The notes: generated from the sequence alone by a model not told the origin. Positions 28,285 through 37,686 are shown, counted from the stretch's first letter. The stretch: 64,000 nt of DNA from Bacillota bacterium (GCA_012839805.1 DUMU01000007.1:78374-142373), one strand, 5' to 3'. Translations and numbers: made by a program.

Positions 28285-29111
28285 GTGCTACCTCGTACCG
28301 GCTGCACGCCACCCGCTTGATCGCGGGGCGTGAACTGCGTTCAACCGTCTTCGGCATCGGCATCTACATAGTCATGACGATCGCGTTCGTTTTGGCGTCC
28401 TACGGCGTCAACAGCTTCTTGTACAACATCTCTCAAAACGGCGCTCTGGCCATGCCATCGCCGTTGCTTCTGCCCCTATTTGTGGCCGTGTTTCTGAGCT
28501 CGCTCTATCTCGGGCTGCTCTCGTCGTTGACCATCTCCCGGGAACGAGATCAAGGCACGCTGGAAGTACTTTTCTACGGGCCGGTGGACTCATTCAGCTA
28601 TGTGATGGGCAAGTTCATCGAACAGATGCTCGTCTTCGGCGTTTTCATCCTGTTCAACCTGGTCTTCTTTGCCTTCGTTGCGCTGATTACTAACTTCGGC
28701 TTCAGCTTGGACATAATCTGGCTTCTCCTGATCTCCTTCTTCGTGGCTGCCTCAGTGGTCGCTTTCGGGATTTTCCTCTCATCGATCACCAAGAGCAGCC
28801 GGGCGTCGGTGTTCCTCTTCATCCTTTTCATGGCTTTCTTCATCGGCTTCTTCTGGGGGTACTCGACGCTGATGGGGATTCCCGACAAGGAGCTTTCGGC
28901 CGGCATGATCTACTTGCGGCAGGCCCTGGACTACCTGCGGCGGGTGATCGAGTGGGTCTCACCGCTCGAGTATCTCAACCGTGGGGCGCTGGCGGTCGCT
29001 TCCAGCAGCGTGAGCGGTTTCTTCGCCGCGGTGGGCGAATCCCTGGCCTATGGTGTGGTGCTGCTTGCCGCCTCGATCTTCTTCTTCAATCGTAAGGGGG
29101 TCAAGAAGTGA
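28281..29111 (+). CDS. ABC-2 family permease (NosY/GldF-like)
   Basis: Six predicted TM segments with ISRERDQGTLEVLFYGPV after TM2. 4-nt overlap with the ATPase gene. Confidence 0.8.
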   Translation: MSATSYRLHATRLIAGRELRSTVFGIGIYIVMTIAFVLASYGVNSFLYNISQNGALAMPSPLLLPLFVAVFLSSLYLGLLSSLTISRERDQGTLEVLFYGPVDSFSYVMGKFIEQMLVFGVFILFNLVFFAFVALITNFGFSLDIIWLLLISFFVAASVVAFGIFLSSITKSSRASVFLFILFMAFFIGFFWGYSTLMGIPDKELSAGMIYLRQALDYLRRVIEWVSPLEYLNRGALAVASSSVSGFFAAVGESLAYGVVLLAASIFFFNRKGVKK

Positions 29112-30703
29112 TGGTGATGAGGACGGAAGGTAAGGTGATGGTTCGCCGGCTGCTCCTGGGATTGCTGCTCGCAGGCACGGTGGCAGGAGCGCAGCTGGTG
29201 GTAGCCCCGGGCCAGAGCGGGGCCGCGACCGGGGCGGCCGATCAAGCCACCGTGGCCGGCGATACCCAGTCGCCCGCCGAGGGCACCCAGTCCTCAAGCA
29301 ACGGAACCCAGCCCGCGGGCAATGGTAACGCCAGCAGCGGCAGCGAAAGCAACAAGAGTGCGAGCGGCAGTACTCTCGCCCCCTGGGAGAAGGACATGCC
29401 CCAGCCCACCGAGGAGGAACTCAAAGGAGAGGGTGTGCCGGAGAAGGAAAAGCAGCTGGTCTACTCCCTCAGCCCCTGGACCGCTACGGAAAAGGAGCCG
29501 TACGGCGGCACGTTCGTTCCGAAAAGCGAGAGTACCTTCTTCCTATTGGCGGACCATCCCAGTCTGGTGAACCCGGTTCGTACCGAGGTGTACTACTGGC
29601 CGATCACCAAGGAATACATGGCGGACTGGTTCGGCTTCCGGGAGGACGTGCCGGGGAAGCTGGAGATCTTGCAGAACGGCAAGGTCATAAAGACCCTGGA
29701 GAAAGTGAAGTACACCTACAAGTACGGTGGCGAGGACTGGTCGCAGGCGCCTACGCTCATCGTCGGTGAAGAAGCGGTCAAGGAATACCAGGCGTACAAC
29801 GACGCGATGGATGCATACTACAAAGCCATGACCAAGTACTATGAGGACTACGACGCCTGGAACAAGTACATGGAGAAGCTCATTAAGCGAGTACAGCAGA
29901 CCGGCAAGCCCGCCAAACCGGAAGAGATCCCGGAGGCGCCCAAGCAGCCGGAGCCACCCAAGATCTACGTGACTGAACCAACCGAAGCCTTCCTCGTGAA
30001 TTTGCCGGCCGGCGAGTACGAGATCCGGACGGTAAAGGATGGGAAGGTCGTTCCCGATAGCGAGAAGAAGCTGGTAGTAGTCGCGCCCCGCCGGCAGGGG
30101 ATCGGTTACGTAGTCGTCCCCGAAAGCAAGTGGACCCGACCGTTCACCAGCGATGACCGAAGCCAACTTCTGTACACCTGGGGTTCGCGCACACTGTACA
30201 TCGGTGTGTTCGACTCTTTGGAGTACAACCGGTATGCCTACACTCGCTTGACGCAGGTCCACGTTCCTTTGGCAGGAAAGGGAACGGAAACGCAATGGCA
30301 ATGGGTGCAGACGAAGGAACGGACCGACGTGCGCCTGCAGCTGGTCAAAAACGGCGACGTGATCCAGGAGATTGTGCGGCAGCCCTTCTACGTCAAGCAG
30401 ACACCCGGTTACGCCCTGGGCTACCAGATCGTGCCTTTTGATGAAAAAGACCCGGAGATGCAGGGTCAAAAGCCTACCCTGTGGGGATTCCGGGTCGTGG
30501 TACCCGAAGGCGAGGGCTATCAAATCCGGGTAGTGGACGCCAAGGGTAATGTGCTGCCCGAAAGCGTCAGGGACATCCGTTCCGTAGCCCAGCAAGGACC
30601 ATGGGCGTTGTACGCAGTATCGGCCTTCCCGCTGGTGGTCGGCGGGCTGATCTATGGCTTGCGCCGGACACGAGTCCCGCGGCGCAAGCCTCTGCCGGTA
30701 TGA
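29108..30703 (+). CDS. uncharacterised exported protein with C-terminal TM anchor, Lys/Glu/Tyr-rich
   Basis: Signal peptide LLLGLLLAGTVAGA, Ser/Gly/Asn/Gln-rich linker, Tyr-rich helical segment YQAYNDAMDAYYKAMTKYYEDYDAWNKYMEKL. Two CarboxypepD_reg-like strands (LPAGEYEIRTVKDGKVV, PEGEGYQIRVVDAKGNVL). C-terminal helix ALYAVSAFPLVVGGLIYGL followed by RRTRVPRRK. Overlaps the permease stop. ATG at 29138 is an alternative start. Confidence 0.7.
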   Translation: MMVMRTEGKVMVRRLLLGLLLAGTVAGAQLVVAPGQSGAATGAADQATVAGDTQSPAEGTQSSSNGTQPAGNGNASSGSESNKSASGSTLAPWEKDMPQPTEEELKGEGVPEKEKQLVYSLSPWTATEKEPYGGTFVPKSESTFFLLADHPSLVNPVRTEVYYWPITKEYMADWFGFREDVPGKLEILQNGKVIKTLEKVKYTYKYGGEDWSQAPTLIVGEEAVKEYQAYNDAMDAYYKAMTKYYEDYDAWNKYMEKLIKRVQQTGKPAKPEEIPEAPKQPEPPKIYVTEPTEAFLVNLPAGEYEIRTVKDGKVVPDSEKKLVVVAPRRQGIGYVVVPESKWTRPFTSDDRSQLLYTWGSRTLYIGVFDSLEYNRYAYTRLTQVHVPLAGKGTETQWQWVQTKERTDVRLQLVKNGDVIQEIVRQPFYVKQTPGYALGYQIVPFDEKDPEMQGQKPTLWGFRVVVPEGEGYQIRVVDAKGNVLPESVRDIRSVAQQGPWALYAVSAFPLVVGGLIYGLRRTRVPRRKPLPV

Positions 30704-30767
30704 CGGCCGGCTCTTGATCCCAGACGGACGGCACCGTTTTTCGCCTGAACTCAAAACACTTGAGAAC

Positions 30768-30798
30768 GGGGGCGCCGAAGAGGCGTCCCTTTATTCTT
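30768..30798 (+). terminator. rho-independent terminator of the ABC-2 operon
   Basis: GGGGCGCC-gaaga-GGCGTCCC followed by TTTATTCTT. Confidence 0.65.
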
Positions 30799-30961
30799 GA
30801 TTTCACTGTTTCTCGGATTTCCTCGGCCGAAACAGGAATCGGACTCCTTTTCGAGAATGTGGGAAAGGAGGTTGTCCATTCCCCTTCTCGGGGATTCAAA
30901 ACCCGAGTTTCTCCGTCGCCGGGGGCCGGGGCGGGGTCTGGTGAAGTCGAGGTGAACGGTT

Positions 30962-33616
30962 TTGCGAGGGTGCGGGGTAGGGGAACAGCCGATAGCACGT
31001 TCCGCCCTCATCCTGTTCGCCACCGTCCTGCTCCTGCCGGCTTCGGGGGGGCCGGGCGTCACCGCCGCCGGCCCGGCCCCAGGTCGCCCCGAAGTCCAGG
31101 CGGGGGCGGATGCCATCCTCTGGATAGCCGGCCGGCCGGCGCCCGCCGAGGCTGCGCCCCGGCTGGTCGACGGCTACCTGTTTGTTGCGGCCCGTCCCGC
31201 CTTCTCTACCTTGGGGGTCACCGTGGAGCCGCTTCCGCCTTCTTCCCGGGGAGAAGCCCCCCGGTGTCGCCTGGTGCGAGAAGATCGGGAGCTGATCCTC
31301 ACCGCCGGGAGCGCCTCGGCGCGCCTCAACGGGCAGGAGTTCGACCTGCGGGTCGCACCCTGGGTGGAGAAGGAAGAATGGTTGGTGCCGCTCAGCCGGG
31401 TGGCGATCGCCCTCCGGCTCTCGCTCACCTGGGATAAAGAGCTCGGCCGGCTGGTTTTGACCGGTGGGGCGGGGGAGCCGGGGGAGAAAGCCGGGAAGAG
31501 TTCGGGGAGCGAGGCCGGCAGCACGGCCGGGGCTTTACCGTCTTCGCTGCCGGCCCGGCTTTGGGTCAGCCTGCAGCAGGACGGCGACCGGGTCGGGCTA
31601 CGACTGGAGGCCGGGGTGCCCTTCCGGGTGCAGGTACGGGACGCGGCTGGGGAAAAGCAGGCCGAGATCGACGTGGACGGGCTTCCTGCCGGTGTAAAGG
31701 TGGCCCTACCCGCCATACTGCGAGGATCGTGGCCCTCTCCGCTCATGGAGGTGGCGTTGATCCCGGTGGCGGTTCCCGCTCCGGGAGCGAGCGACCGGGC
31801 CACCGGAACCGTGAAGCTGCAAGTACGGTTTACCACGGCGGCGCGCCTTGAGCCCGTGCGTTCCGAAGCGAAGCCGGTGACCGATGCCACCCCGGCGCCG
31901 GCGGGAAAGGCCGCGACCACCGCCGGGCCGCGATACCGGGCGGATCTTTGGGTCGCGCCTGCGTCGCTCGCTGTACCCGTGGCGTCCCCCGTGAGCTCCG
32001 CGCTTTCCGCGTCTTCGGTGCTCCCACCGTCCGGCCTGCCGCCGTCCCTAAGCCTTCTCGCCGCCGCCGGGCAATCCTCACCGAGAACCCTGACCCGCGT
32101 CGAGTGGCAGCGGGAGGCGGGTTCGAGTGGCAGGCTAATCCTCCGGTCGACGGCGGCAGTGCCTGCCTCTTTGGCACCCTCTTCGGCGGCGGGCGGAACA
32201 GGTGCAGAAGAACCGGCATCGTTTCGTTCCGCGGTATGGCAGGACCCCCTCCGCCTGGTGATCGACCTGCCCGGGGTGACCTGGGAGGGCGAGAAGAGAA
32301 CGATCACGCTGAATGATCCCGATTTTGCCCGCCTGACCGTGGAGCGAACCCCCTCCGGTGAAGCCCGCCTCGTTCTGGAGGCGGCTCATCCCGGATTGCC
32401 CCTGGTTCGAAGGGACGGCAAGACGGGTGAGCTTCTGGCCGACGTGCTACGGGTAGTCCCGGCAGTAGAGGTGGACGGACCAACAGGAACGGTTACCATC
32501 CGGAGCTCCGGGCCGGTTGAGGCCAGGGTCTTCGTCTTACCCGACCCCGAACGCCTGGTGGTGGACCTGCTGGGGGCGGCGATTGTGGGCTCGGGGCCTC
32601 GTATCAACCATGACCCTGGCGCCGCCGGTAACCCGGTCTCGCGGGTACGGGTCGCTCAATTCGACCCCCGCACGGTCCGGGTGGTACTGGAATTGGTCAA
32701 GCCATTCGAGGTAAAAGTAAGTCAGAGCGAAGACGGTTCCCGGTTGGACTTGGCGTTCAGGGATGGGCCGGACGTTTGGGCAGCGTTCCCCGGGGGGCGA
32801 GCGAGCCGGGAGGCCGGGGAAGCCCGGGATACGCCGCCCGCCCAGGGAAGCGGAGCGAGCCGAACCGGGACCACGGTCAGCTGGGTTCAGCGCTGGCAGC
32901 CGCCCTCAGGACCCGCGGGTGTCAAGCCGGGCGAGGCGGTGATCGAAGCGCCGCCACGCCCGGAAGGGACGAAGATGCTCGCGCCGGCTATGCCGGTGAT
33001 GCCGGTGATGCCGGCCGTGCCGGTCATTGCGGGCGGCGGCGCGGCCGTGGAGGAGACTTTGACCCATCTGGCAGGCCGCTTCATAGTCCTGGACCCGGGG
33101 CACGGAGGTAGCGACCCGGGGGCCATCGGGGTGAACGGGGCTCGGGAAAAGGACCTGACCCTGGCCATAGCGCTGGACCTGGCGGCCAGGCTACGCGCGG
33201 CCGGAGCCCGGGTGGAGCTCACCCGGGAAAGTGACACGCTTCCGGCCTGGCCCCAGCGGGTAGCCCCGGCCAACCTGGGATCGGCCGATGCGCTGCTCAG
33301 CATCCACCTCAACTCGTTCCCCGGGCCGGAGGCACGGGGAATCGAGGTATACTACGCGGCCTCGCGGCCGGGGGCGGAGGAACTCGCCCGTACGCTCCTG
33401 CGTTCCTTGGCCCAGAGGCTAGGGACGCCCGGGCGCTGGGCCCGTGCCAGGGATGACCTTTATGTTTTGCGGGAGAGTCTGGTTCCTGCCGTTTTGCTCG
33501 AACTTGGATACCTGAGTCACCCCGAAGAGGCAGCCAAGCTCGTCGAACGGCAGTACCAGGAGGAGATTGCCCGGGCGATCGCGGTCGGTCTGGATCAGTA
33601 CTTCGCCGGCAGGTGA
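30962..33616 (+). CDS. N-acetylmuramoyl-L-alanine amidase (Amidase_3) with copper-amine-oxidase-N-like and AMIN-like domains
   Basis: C-terminus has VLDPGHGGSDPGA...KDLTLAIAL...LSIHLNS...GIEVYY...PAVLLELGYLSHPEE. N-terminus has LNGQEFDL...WLVPLSRVAIALRLSLTWD. Central LRLVIDLPGV / ERLVVDLLGA / VRVVLEL repeats. TTG start after gaggtg. Confidence 0.85.
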   Translation: MRGCGVGEQPIARSALILFATVLLLPASGGPGVTAAGPAPGRPEVQAGADAILWIAGRPAPAEAAPRLVDGYLFVAARPAFSTLGVTVEPLPPSSRGEAPRCRLVREDRELILTAGSASARLNGQEFDLRVAPWVEKEEWLVPLSRVAIALRLSLTWDKELGRLVLTGGAGEPGEKAGKSSGSEAGSTAGALPSSLPARLWVSLQQDGDRVGLRLEAGVPFRVQVRDAAGEKQAEIDVDGLPAGVKVALPAILRGSWPSPLMEVALIPVAVPAPGASDRATGTVKLQVRFTTAARLEPVRSEAKPVTDATPAPAGKAATTAGPRYRADLWVAPASLAVPVASPVSSALSASSVLPPSGLPPSLSLLAAAGQSSPRTLTRVEWQREAGSSGRLILRSTAAVPASLAPSSAAGGTGAEEPASFRSAVWQDPLRLVIDLPGVTWEGEKRTITLNDPDFARLTVERTPSGEARLVLEAAHPGLPLVRRDGKTGELLADVLRVVPAVEVDGPTGTVTIRSSGPVEARVFVLPDPERLVVDLLGAAIVGSGPRINHDPGAAGNPVSRVRVAQFDPRTVRVVLELVKPFEVKVSQSEDGSRLDLAFRDGPDVWAAFPGGRASREAGEARDTPPAQGSGASRTGTTVSWVQRWQPPSGPAGVKPGEAVIEAPPRPEGTKMLAPAMPVMPVMPAVPVIAGGGAAVEETLTHLAGRFIVLDPGHGGSDPGAIGVNGAREKDLTLAIALDLAARLRAAGARVELTRESDTLPAWPQRVAPANLGSADALLSIHLNSFPGPEARGIEVYYAASRPGAEELARTLLRSLAQRLGTPGRWARARDDLYVLRESLVPAVLLELGYLSHPEEAAKLVERQYQEEIARAIAVGLDQYFAGR

Positions 33617-33658
33617 CGGAGGCTTCGCGAGCGGGGATCGAGCAGTGTAGATTATCGA

Positions 33659-34351
33659 GTGGGTGATCGAGCAGTGAACTGGTGGGGCCGATGCCTGCGC
33701 TACGCAGTAGTGGTAGGGCTCCTTGCCTTCCTGGGATGGGCGGGCTGGGGGGAAGAGAGTAAGGGAGCCATCTTGCACCTGCGAGCTCTGCCCGTCGGCG
33801 AGGGCCGCTCTTTACTCGCAGATAAGACCACGCCGGCCGGAGAGGCCCGCCCGCGCCCGGGACCGGGGGCGAGCAGCGAGTCCCTCCCGCGGGGGCCGGT
33901 CAACCGGGCTACCGTAACGGTAGCCTTTTACTATCCTTCTCGCGACGGCAGCTTCCTCGTGCCGGAGGTGCGGTCGGTTCCGCAAGCAGAGAGTTCACCA
34001 GGGCGAATCATTGAAGAACTGCTGCGAGGACCTACCCTGAACCAGACATTGATTAGCCCCTTCCCTGCCGGTACGCGCCTTTTGGACTGGAGACTTGCCA
34101 CCGACGGCACGCTGGTGGCCGATTTCTCCCGGGAGCTGGTCACCCGGCATTGGGGAGGCACCTCTGGTGAACTGGCTACCGTGTACTCGCTGGTGAACAC
34201 GGTGACCCGTTTGCCGGGTGTGCGGAGGGTCCGGTTCGAGGTGGAAGGCGAGCCGGTCGAAACCCTGGCCGGACACGTCGATTTGCGTGAACCGCTGACT
34301 TTTGATGCCACGCTGGTTTGGAGCGGGGACGGAGGGAATCAGGAGCCTTGA
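33659..34351 (+). CDS. gerM: GerM/Germane domain protein (sporulation/germination)
   Basis: N-terminal TM helix, then VTVAFYYPSRDGSFLVPEVRSV...IIEELLRGP...VYSLVNTVTRLPGVRRVRFEVEGEPVETLAGHVDL. GTG start. Confidence 0.75.
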   Translation: MGDRAVNWWGRCLRYAVVVGLLAFLGWAGWGEESKGAILHLRALPVGEGRSLLADKTTPAGEARPRPGPGASSESLPRGPVNRATVTVAFYYPSRDGSFLVPEVRSVPQAESSPGRIIEELLRGPTLNQTLISPFPAGTRLLDWRLATDGTLVADFSRELVTRHWGGTSGELATVYSLVNTVTRLPGVRRVRFEVEGEPVETLAGHVDLREPLTFDATLVWSGDGGNQEP

Positions 34352-35778
34352 CGAATTGGCAGGGCCGCCGGGTGGCGGTAGTGGGGCTGGGCACGAGTAA
34401 TCTGGCGGTGATCCGGTATCTCCTGCAACGAGGGGCACAAGTAGAAGGCCGGGATCAAAAAAACCTGGCCGAGCTGGGCGACGTAGGAGCCGAACTTGCC
34501 CGGTTGCCGGTCAAGCTCCGGCTCGGGCCCGGTTATCTCGAAGGTTTGACGGAATACGACGCGGTTTTCGTGACTCCGGGCATCTCCCGTCACAAACCCG
34601 AGCTGGTAGAGCTCAAAACTAGCGGCGTTCCCATCTTAAGCGAGATCGGGGTGGTCCTGGAAGAGTGCCGGGCAACGGTGCTGGGGATCACGGGGACGAG
34701 CGGTAAGACCACGACGACCACCCTTGTGGGCAAGATCATGGAGGCCGCGGGACGCCAAACTTTCGTGGGGGGCAATATCGGCCAGCCCCTGATCGAGGTG
34801 GCTGCCTCCATCCCGCCCGAGGCGATGGTAGTGCTGGAACTTTCCAGTTTCCAGCTGGAGATGCTGGACCGGAGCCCGCAAGGGGCGCTGGTGACCAACG
34901 TAACCCCCAACCATCTCGACATGCATGCCGACATGGCGGAGTACGTGGCAGCCAAGGAAAGGATTTTCCGTTTCCAGGGACCCCGGGATGTGGCCGTCTT
35001 CAACCTGGATAACGAGTACACCCGGAAGATGGCGGAGGAGGCACCCTCCCGCCGGCTGTGGTTCAGCCTGGAGGAGGAACCGGGGGCCGGCGCCTGGCTG
35101 GCCGGGGAAGCGATTTACTGGCGAGGCCGGGAAAACCAGGGGGCAGAGAAAGTAGTTCAGCGGGAAGAGATACTCTTGCCCGGTATGCACAATGTGGCCA
35201 ATGTGGCGGCGGCCTGTGCACTTACCGGGGCGTTCGGGGCTCCGGTGAGCGCGATGGCGCAGGTGGCCAGGACTTTTCGGGGGGTGCCCCATCGCCTGCA
35301 GGTGGTGGGGGAAGGAACGGTACGGGGGAAGGCGAATGTGACCTTCATCAACGATTCCATCGCCACCACCCCCTCCCGCACCGTGGCCGCGATCCGGGCC
35401 ATGACCCGGCCCACCGTGCTGCTCCTGGGGGGCTACGACAAGCACCTCCCCTTCGACGAGCTGGCAGAGGAGTTGATGCAGCCCGAGTCGCCGGTGACGG
35501 CCGTGGTGCTGCTGGGGGCGACGGCGGAGAAGATCGGGGCGGCGATGGCGGCGGCCAAGGAGCGCGGCGGGCGGGCACTCGAGCGGGCGCGGCCTTTGCA
35601 GGTGCTTAGGGCTGCTTCGTTCGCGCAGGCGGTGCAGATGGCGGCCGAGGTGGTGCCGCCCGGAGGGGTGGTGCTCCTGTCACCGGCCTGCGCGAGCTAC
35701 GATATGTTCCGCAATTTCGAGGAGCGGGCGCACGTTTTCGAGCAACTGGCGCAGGAGCTTCTGAGAGAGGGAGCGTGA
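34348..35778 (+). CDS. murD: UDP-N-acetylmuramoylalanine--D-glutamate ligase MurD
   Basis: [42 protein letters not shown] at 34348 overlaps the gerM stop. TTG at 34318 is an alternative. Confidence 0.88.
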   Translation: MTNWQGRRVAVVGLGTSNLAVIRYLLQRGAQVEGRDQKNLAELGDVGAELARLPVKLRLGPGYLEGLTEYDAVFVTPGISRHKPELVELKTSGVPILSEIGVVLEECRATVLGITGTSGKTTTTTLVGKIMEAAGRQTFVGGNIGQPLIEVAASIPPEAMVVLELSSFQLEMLDRSPQGALVTNVTPNHLDMHADMAEYVAAKERIFRFQGPRDVAVFNLDNEYTRKMAEEAPSRRLWFSLEEEPGAGAWLAGEAIYWRGRENQGAEKVVQREEILLPGMHNVANVAAACALTGAFGAPVSAMAQVARTFRGVPHRLQVVGEGTVRGKANVTFINDSIATTPSRTVAAIRAMTRPTVLLLGGYDKHLPFDELAEELMQPESPVTAVVLLGATAEKIGAAMAAAKERGGRALERARPLQVLRAASFAQAVQMAAEVVPPGGVVLLSPACASYDMFRNFEERAHVFEQLAQELLREGA

Positions 35779-36578
35779 CCGGATTGCCAAGGATTGACGG
35801 CCGGAGGCCAGATGAACTGCGGCCGGTGAAGATCGTTCGCAACTACACCAAGTGGGCGGAAGGATCGGTACTCATACAGAGTGGGGATACCTGGGTGGTA
35901 TGTACCGCGTCGGTGGAGGACCGGGTGCCGCCGTTCTTGCGCGGTACGGGACAGGGCTGGATAACGGCCGAGTACGGAATGCTTCCCCGTTCGACCAGTA
36001 CCCGCACCCAGCGGGACGTATCGCGTGGAAAGGTCGCCGGGCGGACCAGTGAGATCCAGCGTTTGATCGGGCGGGCGCTGCGGTCGGTGGTGGATCTGCA
36101 CGCGTTGGGGGAGCGCACGTTGTGGATCGACTGCGACGTGTTGCAGGCGGACGGGGGTACCCGCACGGCGTCCATCACGGGCGGGTTCGTGGCTATGGTG
36201 GAAGCACTGGGGCGAATGGCGGCCCAGGAGGGCTGGGACGCGCTGCCGGTATACGATTACGTAGCCGCCGTGAGTGTGGGTATGGTGGATTCGGAACCCC
36301 TTCTCGATCTTTGCTTCGAGGAGGATTCGCATGCCGGAGTAGACATGAACCTGGTCATGACCGGCACCGGTGAGTTCGTGGAGATTCAAGGAACCGCAGA
36401 GGGTGCCCCGTTCGGAGCCCGTGACCTCGACGCCCTGCTGCGGTTGGGGCGGGAAGGTATAGCACGGCTGATTGCGCTGCAAAAGGAAGTATTGGCGCCG
36501 GACCTCGCCGGACGGGTAGGGACGCGGCCGCGTCCAATTACGACCGGGCCGGCGGTGCCTTCGGGGCCTGAAGATTGA
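35775..36578 (+). CDS. rph: ribonuclease PH
   Basis: [13 protein letters not shown]...[19 protein letters not shown]...[14 protein letters not shown]...[22 protein letters not shown] overlap with murD. ~25-aa Pro-rich C-terminal tail. Confidence 0.92.
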   Translation: MTGLPRIDGRRPDELRPVKIVRNYTKWAEGSVLIQSGDTWVVCTASVEDRVPPFLRGTGQGWITAEYGMLPRSTSTRTQRDVSRGKVAGRTSEIQRLIGRALRSVVDLHALGERTLWIDCDVLQADGGTRTASITGGFVAMVEALGRMAAQEGWDALPVYDYVAAVSVGMVDSEPLLDLCFEEDSHAGVDMNLVMTGTGEFVEIQGTAEGAPFGARDLDALLRLGREGIARLIALQKEVLAPDLAGRVGTRPRPITTGPAVPSGPED

Positions 36579-36603
36579 GCAGGATCGAGGTCGGCTGAGA
36601 GGG

Positions 36604-37248
36604 ATGGGGCAGGTATTGCCGCGGCTGGTTCTGGCTACACACAATGACGACAAGGTGCGAGAGCTCCGGGAACTGTTACAGGAGCTGGTGCCCGCGCTCG
36701 GGCCGGTCGTGAGCGTAGGAGAGCTCCTCCGGCAGGGCCTGGGCGATCCGCCTGAAATAGTAGAGGATCAACCCACCCTGGAGGGGAACGCTGTCAAGAA
36801 GGCACGGGCGGTGGCAGCCTGGAGCGGGGTGCCGGCGCTCGCCGATGATACGGGGCTGGAAGTGTTCGCCCTGGGAGGACGTCCCGGGGTATGCAGCGCG
36901 CGCTATGCGGGCCCCGGGGCTACCTACGCCGATAACCGCCGCAAACTGCTGGGGGAGCTGGCCAACGTGGCGGACGAGGCGCGGGCGGCGAGATTTCGCA
37001 CCGTGGTGGCAGTGGCTTATGACCCCGAGCACGTCGAAACGGCCGAAGGGGAGCTCCGGGGGAGAATCACCCGGGAGGAACGGGGTCGAGCCGGCTTCGG
37101 CTATGATCCGATCTTCGAAATCCCGGAGTTGGGAAAGACCCTGGCTGAACTGACTCTCGAAGAGAAGAACCGCTTGAGCCATCGGGGCCGGGCCTTGCGG
37201 GCGGCGGTGCCCCTGCTCGAACGACTGGTTACGGGACCGGCCCGGTGA
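36604..37248 (+). CDS. rdgB: dITP/XTP pyrophosphatase (RdgB/HAM1 family)
   Basis: LVLATHNDDKVRE..., ADDTGLEVFALGGRPGV.SARY, GFGYDPIF and SHRG motifs. Confidence 0.9.
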   Translation: MGQVLPRLVLATHNDDKVRELRELLQELVPALGPVVSVGELLRQGLGDPPEIVEDQPTLEGNAVKKARAVAAWSGVPALADDTGLEVFALGGRPGVCSARYAGPGATYADNRRKLLGELANVADEARAARFRTVVAVAYDPEHVETAEGELRGRITREERGRAGFGYDPIFEIPELGKTLAELTLEEKNRLSHRGRALRAAVPLLERLVTGPAR

Positions 37249-37363
37249 CCGGAACGAGGGCGGGGCCGTTCACGCCCCGGGCCGCGAAGAAGGCTGCCGA
37301 GGCCCGCGCGGGACGGCGGGGATCGCGGCAGAGGTGCAGGTGTGCAGGTGCGGCGCTGCTGCC

Positions 37364-37393
37364 TTGACAGGGCATGGGATCTGGTGTTACGAT
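37364..37393 (+). promoter_or_regulatory. sigma-70-type promoter for the tRNA Pro-Gly-Arg-His cluster
   Basis: TTGACA (37364-37369), 18-nt spacer, TACGAT (37388-37393). Confidence 0.55.
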
Positions 37394-37423
37394 TCGCGGG
37401 CGAGGCGGGCACGAAAACGAATG

Positions 37424-37500
37424 CGGGGTGTGGCGCAGGTTGGTAGCGCGTCTGCTTTGGGAGCAGAAGGCCCGCGGTTCAAGTCCGCGCACCCCGACCA
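37424..37500 (+). tRNA. tRNA-Pro (anticodon TGG), CCA encoded
   Basis: Acceptor cggggtg/caccccg, anticodon loop ttTGGga, T-loop ggttcaagtcc. Confidence 0.92.
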
Positions 37501-37510
37501 TGATTTTATT

Positions 37511-37584
37511 GCGGGTGTAGCTCAATGGTAGAGCATCGGCCTTCCAAGCCGAGTACGGGGGTTCGATTCCCCTCACCCGCTCCA
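37511..37584 (+). tRNA. tRNA-Gly (anticodon TCC), CCA encoded
   Basis: Acceptor gcgggtg/cacccgc, anticodon stem tcggc/gccga with loop ctTCCaa, T-loop ggttcgattcc. Confidence 0.92.
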
Positions 37585-37607
37585 GTTTTTGCGCTTATTG
37601 CGTTATT

Positions 37608-37686
37608 GCGCCTGTAGCTCAGGTGGAGAGAGCGGGGGCCTTCTAAGCCCTGTCTTGCGGGGGTTCGAGTCCTCCCAGGCGCACCA
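37608..37686 (+). tRNA. tRNA-Arg (anticodon TCT), CCA encoded
   Basis: Acceptor gcgcctg/caggcgc, anticodon loop ctTCTaa, T-loop ggttcgagtcc. The variable region looks slightly long in my hand fold. Confidence 0.85.

Noticed and set aside
29543-30754. 403-aa minus-strand ORF in the lower-GC region, where a long shadow ORF is less expected.
   Set aside because: Its product is Leu/Val/Phe/Arg-rich, exactly what the antisense of a Lys/Glu/Tyr-rich gene gives. It has no start context or motifs, and the plus-strand gene has a signal peptide, domain repeats, a TM helix and a terminator.
33636-33676. 12-nt direct repeat gatcgagcagtg (33636-33647 and 33665-33676) around the gerM start.
   Set aside because: It is a single short duplication. 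The first copy is followed by an in-frame TAG. I could attach no regulatory meaning, and it only makes the gerM start (33659 or 33674) uncertain.
37334-37349. Tandem 8-mer gtgcaggt-gtgcaggt upstream of the tRNA cluster promoter.
   Set aside because: It has only two units and no known motif, so it is likely chance in GC-rich DNA.
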